Below, one piece after another: positions 1 to 6,381 of a DNA stretch of 11,412 nucleotides. Source of the stretch: Candidatus Hermodarchaeum yapensis (lineage in GTDB: Archaea; Asgardarchaeota; Hermodarchaeia; Hermodarchaeales; Hermodarchaeaceae); NCBI GenBank assembly GCA_016840405.1, contig JAEOSK010000055.1, forward strand, positions 1-11,412, given 5' to 3'. The translations under genes and the position numbers were made by a program. The notes beneath the pieces are model-generated. The model had not been told where the DNA came from. It saw only the letters and a list, made by a program, of their open reading frames with translations, and ran no database searches. The first letter of the stretch is position 1; the number at the start of each line of letters is the position of its first letter.

Positions 1-202
1 CCCACTGCATTGATGAGTTTCCAAGTGTTTGAACACCTGTAACCATGCTCTGTTGAACGCCTGTTGCACCCAAATCAACAGCAAGTGCACCTGTGTAGGC
101 CCAGAGCAGATTGGCGCCAATTTGCCATGACGACCAGAGCGAGGCTACACGGACACGTTGCTGGTCCAAAGGCTCTATTAGAGTTGGTTGGTCGTCAGGC
201 AT
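1..202 (-). CDS. MFS-like membrane transporter, N-terminal part (runs off the left edge)
   Basis: Manual translation from the ATG at 202 gives MPDDQPTLIEPLDQQRVRVASLWSSWQIGANLLWAYTGALAVDLGATGVQQSMVTGVQTLGNSSMQW. The frame is open to the window edge. The hydrophobic helix, 'DLGA' turn and second helix resemble MFS TM1-TM2. Not in the supplied ORF track because it is truncated. Confidence 0.6.
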   Translation of the reverse strand, partial: MPDDQPTLIEPLDQQRVRVASLWSSWQIGANLLWAYTGALAVDLGATGVQQSMVTGVQTLGNSSMQW

Positions 203-252
203 GAATCATCGCCTTTTTTGTTGTGAGAGGGTGCCATCTTGCCTTTGAGTAG

Positions 253-263
253 AAAAAGCTTGT
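253..263 (-). promoter_or_regulatory. Putative BRE/TATA-like promoter element (ACAAGCTTTTT) of the MFS gene
   Basis: Lies about 50 nt upstream of the ATG at 202. The identical 11-mer occurs on + at 3121-3131, about 45 nt upstream of the ATG at 3176. Confidence 0.4.
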
Positions 264-420
264 TCAACCACAGGTTATCGAAGACAGTGAATTTCCGCGG
301 TTTTCATTGAATTCTGTGACTTATTTACGTCAAATAGTTACAGAATATGGGTGTAACCCCACACCCTCTATCCCGTCCGCTGTGAATGCTTTCGGGACTG
401 CTTTTCGCCCGATATTATAG
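254..420 (-). ncRNA. Putative omega/re-RNA of TnpB (scaffold overlapping the tnpB 3' end, right-end hairpin, flanking guide); boundaries approximate
   Basis: TnpB omegaRNAs derive from the tnpB 3' end/right end plus 3' flanking DNA. An imperfect inverted repeat is seen at 284-293 (acagtgaatt) and 310-317 (aattctgt), followed on the minus strand by GATAAC (279-274), a candidate element end. Confidence 0.45.
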
Positions 421-1600
421 GCACCGTTTACATCCGCGTTCAGGATGCGTCCTGTAGATGACTGAAACAGTCCTCGTGTTACTCGCTGACCTCGATAAGT
501 CTGGTGATGTCTAATTGGTTCGTCATCAAGGAAGCTCACCTTGGAGGTGAAATTTTCTTCCACCGACATCACCTCGATTCCTACCAAGGCGGCTTTATAT
601 TGTATTTGCCGTACAAGCCTTAAGAAAGGTACATTCACGAAATTTTGATTAGTTCGCTGACCCAATCCGATACATTGTTTCCAGGTTTCGTTATACCCAA
701 TCACGATGCGTCCAAAATCATTGGTCAAGCAATATTCAATGAGCTGACGTGACACTTTATGAAAGACATCGGTAATCTTGTTTCTTCGTTTTCGAAGTAG
801 CCTTTGAAGTCGCCTTGTAGAGCGCACGAGACCTCGTTTATCCAGAAGGGAATGAAGTTTTGCTCTTATCCTGTTATAGTACTGATTGATGGATTTGACG
901 CACCCGCCTTTAACGCGCCAGGGCGCAAGCCCTGCGTTGTTTACAACAGTTACGAGATTGTTCAACCCCAAATCAATACTAATTACTCGACGTGGATTCA
1001 GTTTATGGTCAACAGAGATCTTCTCATATATAATTTCCAGGATGTAATGATTACCCCATGGTAAGAGTCTGATTTGACAGAACCTTCCAGTGATTCGGGT
1101 CTTGATTGGTAGCAATTGGGTTTTTTTCGGAAACACAATGAATTGATTTCTAATATGGCATTGCTGGTTAGTGAAGATCACAATGGATTCGCCATTTTTC
1201 GGTTTGTATCGTGGTAGCTGAGGACGTCCAAGATACTTACAAGGATGCGAACGCCAATCCTTGAAGGCTTTGAAAAAAGCTTTCCAGTTCTGATCAAGAA
1301 GTCGGAGTACCTGTTGGGCCGTTTGTGCGGGAAGGTTCTTGTATGCTACGGTATTTTTCAGGAGGATGTATAAATCTCTGTATCGCATCCAGTGTCCTTT
1401 GTTGATGAACTTTTGTCGGACATGATAATTCGCTAGATTGTAGAGATTTTTAGCTTGGTGGCAGAGCCATGAAAGAGGTGCGGATGCCCGAAGTTGTATT
1501 CGTTCTGTAAGGTGCGTGGCGCTTCCTCCTGAGTGTTAAAGGGACGTTGTAGTGCTGAGGGCGAATCCATTGGGCTCATTAATTTTTATACAAGCTACAT
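274..1600 (-). mobile_element. Solo-tnpB IS200/IS605-family element (IS1341-like, no tnpA); left end not resolved (about 1540-1800)
   Basis: Contains tnpB plus a subterminal hairpin downstream. Only about 345 bp separate tnpB from the next gene, with no Y1/HUH or serine-recombinase ORF visible. Confidence 0.7.
330..1517 (-). CDS. tnpB: RNA-guided endonuclease TnpB (IS200/IS605 OrfB family), about 395 aa; first in-frame ATG is at 1388
   Basis: RuvC-I ISIDLGLNNL (D at 972-974), RuvC-II region VIGYNETWKQ, EENFTSK, RuvC-III NADVNGAYNI (D at 432-434) and C-terminal GIEGVGLHP. The frame stays open upstream of 1388 with typical N-terminal TnpB sequence (HLTERIQL...LCHQAKNLYNLANYHVRQ) up to ACG at 1517-1515, which is preceded by AGGAGG. 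Confidence 0.93.
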   Translation of the reverse strand, partial: THLTERIQLRASAPLSWLCHQAKNLYNLANYHVRQKFINKGHWMRYRDLYILLKNTVAYKNLPAQTAQQVLRLLDQNWKAFFKAFKDWRSHPCKYLGRPQLPRYKPKNGESIVIFTNQQCHIRNQFIVFPKKTQLLPIKTRITGRFCQIRLLPWGNHYILEIIYEKISVDHKLNPRRVISIDLGLNNLVTVVNNAGLAPWRVKGGCVKSINQYYNRIRAKLHSLLDKRGLVRSTRRLQRLLRKRRNKITDVFHKVSRQLIEYCLTNDFGRIVIGYNETWKQCIGLGQRTNQNFVNVPFLRLVRQIQYKAALVGIEVMSVEENFTSKVSFLDDEPIRHHQTYRGQRVTRGLFQSSTGRILNADVNGAYNIGRKAVPKAFTADGIEGVGLHPYSVTI

Positions 1601-1658
1601 AGCAAAGTTTTCTGATACACTTTCAAGTTTTGTCGTTGCCCGCAGTTTCTATAAAAAT
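1582..1658. promoter_or_regulatory. Candidate back-to-back TATA boxes (TATAAAAAT on - at 1590-1582 and on + at 1650-1658)
   Basis: Two identical 9-mers in inverted orientation in the divergent intergenic region, each pointing toward one flanking gene. Confidence 0.4.
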
Positions 1659-1846
1659 AACAGACGGGGTAGTTTAAGGAGAGGTAGAGAAGAAGATAAG
1701 TGGTTCTTGAGAACCTTAAGAGCTCCAAGAGTTAATGTCAGCCCATTGTTATTTTTTTAATAATTCCCTTAGCAAACAGGGAGAATAACCAATTATTTCA
1801 ACCACATACATTCTAAAGTTCTAGTTACCCGTTTTCTTGATGTATC

Positions 1847-1853
1847 AGGAGGT
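1847..1853 (+). promoter_or_regulatory. Shine-Dalgarno-like site AGGAGGT of the SHMT-family gene
   Basis: Located 9 nt upstream of the ATG at 1863. Confidence 0.65.
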
Positions 1854-1862
1854 TGAACGTAG

Positions 1863-3053
1863 ATGTGTGCTGAATTTTTCAACAAAATTACAGCGACTGT
1901 GAGAACCCATGAGCATTGGCGAAGTAAGTGCCTAAATTTGATTCCATCTGAAAATCTTACTAGCCCACAAGTTCGAGCTCTGTTGGGATCCGATTTCGGT
2001 CACCGGTATGCTTGGGATGAGCCCTGGTACGGAGGACAAAAATACTCAATTCAAATCGAAAAATTTGCGGTCGAAGCAGCGAAGCAGCTCTTTGATGCAA
2101 AATATGCGAATGTTCGGCCACTTTCTGGGCACCTCTCGTTGATGTCAGTGATTATGGGTTTATGCCAACCAAATGACCCTATCCTGATTTCGCATTTCAA
2201 AAATGGTGGCTACCCTTTAAATCTCCAGGCGCGGTTTCCCCTCGATGTCCATTACATCCCCTACCAAGTGGATCAGTACACAATGGATGTAGCCAAAACA
2301 CGTGAGCTTATCGAAAACGCTAGTCCAAAGTTAGTTATTCTTGGAGCCAGCATTTTCTTGCAGCCTCACCCAGTGAAGGAATTAGCTAAAACTGCACAGG
2401 ATGCTGGGGCTGTACTGGTTTTTGATGGATCCCATGTTTTAGGTCTCATTGCGGGTAAACAATTTCAGAACCCCTTCAAGGAGGGGGCTCAAATCCTTCT
2501 GGGAAGCACACACAAGACTTTCTTTGGACCACAAGGTGGCATTGTGCTTGTAAAAGATGATATGGAAGTGGCAGAACAAATTGATTTGACGCTGCGACCG
2601 AATCCAGTTTTAGTTGATAATTACCATTTGAATCGTGTGGCAGCGCTAGCCCTCTCTTTAGCAGAGTTGCTCGCTTTTGGAGAGGATTATGCAAAACAAG
2701 TCCTCACTAATGCGAAAGAGTTAGCTCAGGTTCTGCACAAGAATGGTATTTCGGTTACTGGTGATAAATGGGGTTTCACTTCTTCTCACCAAGTTCTGCT
2801 AAAAACAGCCAGCTTTGAGGAAGGAATTCAAATGCGTGATCAGCTAGAAAAAGCGGACATTATTGTAGATGCAGGTGTGCGGTTAGGAGCTCAAGAGGTT
2901 ACCAGACGGGGAATGAAACAGGGTGAAATGCAAGAGATTGCAAGATTAATCACGCAGGTGCTTAAAGAAGAAGAGAAGCCAGAGAAGGTCAAACAGGCTG
3001 TTCACTCTCTTGTTCAACAGTTTGAATCGGTTCAATATGTCTTTGAGAACTGA
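1863..3053 (+). CDS. glyA: Serine hydroxymethyltransferase-family PLP-dependent enzyme (archaeal type, divergent)
   Basis: Motifs LNLIPSEN, SDFGHRY, ANVRPLSG, DGSHVLGLIAG, GSTHKTFFGPQGG (PLP lysine at 2514-2516) and GVRLG..EVTRRG. The family is secure, but the exact activity is uncertain (see findings). Confidence 0.85.
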   Translation: MCAEFFNKITATVRTHEHWRSKCLNLIPSENLTSPQVRALLGSDFGHRYAWDEPWYGGQKYSIQIEKFAVEAAKQLFDAKYANVRPLSGHLSLMSVIMGLCQPNDPILISHFKNGGYPLNLQARFPLDVHYIPYQVDQYTMDVAKTRELIENASPKLVILGASIFLQPHPVKELAKTAQDAGAVLVFDGSHVLGLIAGKQFQNPFKEGAQILLGSTHKTFFGPQGGIVLVKDDMEVAEQIDLTLRPNPVLVDNYHLNRVAALALSLAELLAFGEDYAKQVLTNAKELAQVLHKNGISVTGDKWGFTSSHQVLLKTASFEEGIQMRDQLEKADIIVDAGVRLGAQEVTRRGMKQGEMQEIARLITQVLKEEEKPEKVKQAVHSLVQQFESVQYVFEN

Positions 3054-3175
3054 GTTGATTCATTATCCTTGTTTGTATTTTGGGTTTAGCGAAAATTTTT
3101 AGCGTAAAACGGGTTGCGCCACAAGCTTTTTGCGTATTCTTTTTGATAGTCTAGTGTTCCAATGGGGAATGCTCC

Positions 3176-4300
3176 ATGCCAAATGAGATGCCTGAGGATA
3201 AATCAGACCCTGAAAAAAAATGGCGCTACCGAAAATACAATAATGACAAGATAGAGCCAGGAGAGCCTGTAGAAACCACTCTAAAGCCAGAAGAACCACC
3301 AATAGAACCCGAAGACCTAGAAGAACCCGAAGAAGTCGAAGACCTAGAAGAACCCGAAGAAGTCGAAGACCTAGAAGAACCCGAAGAAGTCGAAGAGCCA
3401 GAAGAACCCGAAGAGCCAGAGACACCAGAAACAATTGAAGACACAGAAGATAACGAGGAAGCCCCAGCAGAACCCGAAGAACACACAGAGATTTCCACAG
3501 AACCCGATGAGCCAGCAGAACCTCCTGAAATTGTGGAAGTTGACGAAACAGCTGAGCTCAGTGCACAAATTTCTGAGTTGAACGAGCAAATAGCTGAGGT
3601 AAAAAAAGAGAATAAAAACTTGACTCGCGAAGTAGATAAACTCGTTAAGCAGGTTGAAGAGATCGAAAGTAAGAAGGATGAGCTTACTGAAAAGAATACA
3701 GAATTAACTGAAGAATTACAGCAGGCGAAAGAGACTGCGAAAAAGAAGACAAATAAAATTGACGAATTAAAAACCACGCTATCTGACTCTGAAAAGCAAG
3801 TTTCTGACCTGGACAAGAAGCTAAAGCAACTGGAAAAAACAGCGAAAGAGCGAGAAGAACATATGCTTTCTCAGCTTGAAGCAATGGGAGAACGACTTGA
3901 GAAGCAGCAGAAGGTCATCAGGAAACGAGATGAGGAGCTTGTCGCCCTTCAAAAGGACATACTCGTCAAAAAGGACACTGCACATGATGCCCAAGAAGAA
4001 GCCGATCAGCTTCGCACTGTAGGTATCGTACAACGAGAAGCTGTGCAAGACACCACAGTCCTCCGTCGGCGAGTCACCGATTTGGAAGTCGAGTTAGAGA
4101 AGTTAAAGAAAGCTCTTGAAAAGGATCCGAAATACCGAATCTACATGCTAGTACGTGAAACTGGGCAACGAACCCTTGAAGAGCTGAGTAAAATACTTGG
4201 AGTCGGCATCTTTGAAGCACGCCGTCGTGTTCAAGAATTAGTTCGCGCTAGATTGCTTGATCTAAAGGAAGAAAAAGTCACCCTCGCACGTCGGAAGTAA
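3176..4300 (+). CDS. Hypothetical protein: acidic Glu/Pro-rich disordered N-terminus, long coiled coil, C-terminal winged-helix-like domain
   Basis: 374-aa ORF. About aa 25-125 are E/P/D-rich, about aa 125-318 show heptad-like E/K/L periodicity, and the C-terminal DPKYRIYMLVRETGQRTLEELSKILGVGIFEARRRVQELVRARLL has a wHTH pattern. Confidence 0.8.
   Translation: MPNEMPEDKSDPEKKWRYRKYNNDKIEPGEPVETTLKPEEPPIEPEDLEEPEEVEDLEEPEEVEDLEEPEEVEEPEEPEEPETPETIEDTEDNEEAPAEPEEHTEISTEPDEPAEPPEIVEVDETAELSAQISELNEQIAEVKKENKNLTREVDKLVKQVEEIESKKDELTEKNTELTEELQQAKETAKKKTNKIDELKTTLSDSEKQVSDLDKKLKQLEKTAKEREEHMLSQLEAMGERLEKQQKVIRKRDEELVALQKDILVKKDTAHDAQEEADQLRTVGIVQREAVQDTTVLRRRVTDLEVELEKLKKALEKDPKYRIYMLVRETGQRTLEELSKILGVGIFEARRRVQELVRARLLDLKEEKVTLARRK
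3310..3396 (+). repeat. Perfect in-frame 27-bp tandem repeat, 3.2 copies (cgaagacctagaagaacccgaagaagt; encodes EDLEEPEEV)
   Basis: Identical units at 3310-3336, 3337-3363 and 3364-3390 plus 6 nt, followed by degenerate 9-bp EEP/EPE units to about 3430. Confidence 0.95.
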
Positions 4301-4394
4301 CATCTCAAGGCGTTTATTCAACTTTTTAAAATCAGCAACCCCTATCAGTACACGAATCATTTCCTCCAAACTATGAAAGGGAAGTGCGAGACTG

Positions 4395-5408
4395 ATGATT
4401 CAGGTGTACTATATCAAAGATGGAGAATTTCGTAAGCTAGCCCGTAACGAGGAATTTCAGAAAATTTGGCGTGACCTCGATTTTATTTGGATTAGCACAG
4501 TTGAACCTACACCAGAAGAGGAAAGCCTTCTCGGTTTGTATCTCTCGGTTGATGCAAAAAGCCTGACACGCGTCTTTGAACAATCTAACAGAGGGAGATA
4601 CCACCGATTCTATGAATTTTCCGCGTTTCACTTCCCCGTAATGGTTGCACAACCAGTTCAAGATGTCGAAACTGCATTAGTGCTCCTTGGCGAACGAATG
4701 GTAGCGACCATCGGAAAAAATATCCCACCCGATGCAATCGGTGAAGTGGAAGACACCATTCGAAATCTTGTCTCAATGGAGCAACAAGTGACACCTTCTT
4801 ACGTAGCAGTTCGAATCATCCAAGAAATCATCGAACGCAATCTCACCATAATAAACAGCATTGTTCAAGCCACGATGGAATTGGAGGAACTGTACGCTAG
4901 CGTTGACATCAATACTCTGCTTAAAGAAATACAACGGTTACGGCGTGCTCAAAACGAATTATATCAACATTTAACGGTACAACGGCATTTCGTAGACATG
5001 ATGCTTCAACATGTTCCTCGCCATTTACATATTACAGATGAGTTATCAACACTCCTCAGCACAACCCTCTCTGAGTTAGAGCGACAACAACAAACTTTGG
5101 AACTCAATGCACGGAACCTCACAGACCTAGTTTCCCTTCATTCGATTCTTTTAGCGAACCGGCTGAACCGCGTGATTGTAATATTAACAGCTATTACTGT
5201 GAGCGTTGCGGTCCCATCTCTGGTGGCGAATATCCTGGGGATGTATAACATCTTCCATCCAGATCCGTTGTTTTATTTTCCAGGAGGATTCCCCGTTTAC
5301 ACATTTCAGGTTCAATTTCTGATTCTTATTCCTGCCATTCTTATTCCGTTACTCTGGGTGATTAGGAAAGGATTGATTCGCATATCATCACCGGGAGAAA
5401 AGAAATAA
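4395..5408 (+). CDS. CorA/ZntB-family (2-TM-GxN) divalent cation transporter
   Basis: 337 aa with an N-terminal soluble domain (WI...PTPEE), long helices, the stalk NRLNRVIVILT, TM1 ending in LGMYN and a second C-terminal TM segment. Confidence 0.85.
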   Translation: MIQVYYIKDGEFRKLARNEEFQKIWRDLDFIWISTVEPTPEEESLLGLYLSVDAKSLTRVFEQSNRGRYHRFYEFSAFHFPVMVAQPVQDVETALVLLGERMVATIGKNIPPDAIGEVEDTIRNLVSMEQQVTPSYVAVRIIQEIIERNLTIINSIVQATMELEELYASVDINTLLKEIQRLRRAQNELYQHLTVQRHFVDMMLQHVPRHLHITDELSTLLSTTLSELERQQQTLELNARNLTDLVSLHSILLANRLNRVIVILTAITVSVAVPSLVANILGMYNIFHPDPLFYFPGGFPVYTFQVQFLILIPAILIPLLWVIRKGLIRISSPGEKK

Positions 5409-5466
5409 CTTAACACACCAATCCTCTCATACGGTTACTCTAGAGTAATTTGAGGTTGGATTAGCT

Positions 5467-6381
5467 TTGGTTGATTCCCAGAAGATTATGTCTTTGAAGC
5501 AGATGGTTCAACAGTTCATTCCAGATAAGTGTCAGATATATTTGGAGGGGCTACTCGTCAATCGTCTGCCTATGGCCACAGTTCATGAAATTATTCGTGC
5601 AAAGAGAACAGGATTGCGAATAGTGAGCGCGCCGAATGGTTTAGCTGTGGATCAGCTTATTGGTGCCGGCATGGTAGCTGAAATTGAGTTCTATTTCCTT
5701 GGCTTCATGACGGAGAAAGGCTTTGCTTCAATGCGGAGATTCCGGTCTGCTGCAGAGAACGGAACTGTGCAAATTAAAGAGAGCATGGGTTATGCCATTT
5801 GTATGGGATTACGTGCGGGAGCCTTTGGAATCCCATTTATTCCCCTTCCTGATTTTCGCGGATCAGATCTGCTAACCATTCGAGAAGACTACCAAGTCAT
5901 GTCATCCCCTTACAACCCTAAAGAAACAGTAATCACGGTTCCCGCATTACGACCGGATGCCCTCATCCTTCATGCGCATTCAGCAGATCAACGGGGTAAC
6001 GTCGTTCTCGATGAGCCTTGGTCTAGTTTCACCTTGACGACAGCGCAAGCCTGCAATCGCGTCTTGGTTACGGTTGAAGAGCTTGTAGAAGAAGGTTCAA
6101 TGCAACCAAATCAGATTACTATCCCCCACTTCCTTGTTGATGCTGTCGCACACACACCGTACGGTGCAGCCCCAACGGCTTTGAACCATCGCTATGAGAT
6201 TGATGCAAGTCACATTGAGTTATATCAAGATGCAGCAAAAACTAAGGAAGGGTTTGATCGGTATCTGGAGGAATACATCCTCAGTTGCAGTAATCATGAA
6301 GAATTCATTGAGAAAGTGGGTCTCCCACCTTCCTGGGTGAAGAAAGCACCAACCCAAAAGACGAAGGAGGAGACCAAATGA
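5467..6381 (+). CDS. Family I CoA-transferase-fold subunit A (GctA/AibA-like); start is TTG 5467 or ATG 5488
   Basis: Motifs R.PMA.VHEIIR, LRAGAFGIPF.P, ALRPD.LILHA..AD.RGN, VTVEE and P.GA.PT. Its stop overlaps the next start (ATGA, 6378-6381). Confidence 0.88.
   Translation: MVDSQKIMSLKQMVQQFIPDKCQIYLEGLLVNRLPMATVHEIIRAKRTGLRIVSAPNGLAVDQLIGAGMVAEIEFYFLGFMTEKGFASMRRFRSAAENGTVQIKESMGYAICMGLRAGAFGIPFIPLPDFRGSDLLTIREDYQVMSSPYNPKETVITVPALRPDALILHAHSADQRGNVVLDEPWSSFTLTTAQACNRVLVTVEELVEEGSMQPNQITIPHFLVDAVAHTPYGAAPTALNHRYEIDASHIELYQDAAKTKEGFDRYLEEYILSCSNHEEFIEKVGLPPSWVKKAPTQKTKEETK

Noticed and set aside
27-65. Short repeat ttgaacacctgt / ttgaacgcctgt
   Set aside because: It is explained by two TGVQ peptides in the MFS coding sequence.
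804-1064. 86-aa plus-strand ORF inside tnpB
   Set aside because: It is antisense to a well-supported gene and has no recognisable motif.
1533-1760. 75-aa ORF as tnpA or a leader peptide
   Set aside because: It has no HUH/Tyr or serine-recombinase motif and no RBS, and it spans AT-rich promoter-like DNA.
273-1790. Terminal inverted repeats ggttat (273-278) and ataacc (1785-1790) of a DDE-type element
   Set aside because: They are only 6 bp, not flush with the second direct repeat, and no DDE transposase is present.
1540-1800. IStron (group I intron) or known riboswitch
   Set aside because: The element is intergenic, and no group I core or glycine/ZTP/THF aptamer consensus was recognisable by eye.
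3310-3396. Possible CRISPR array
   Set aside because: The units are head-to-tail with no spacers, in frame within a CDS, and there are no cas genes.
3099-4048. Minus-strand ORFs 3099-3434, 3226-3816 (Ser-rich), 3371-3589, 3684-3884 and 3821-4048
   Set aside because: They are antisense shadows of the GAA-rich low-complexity gene at 3176-4300.
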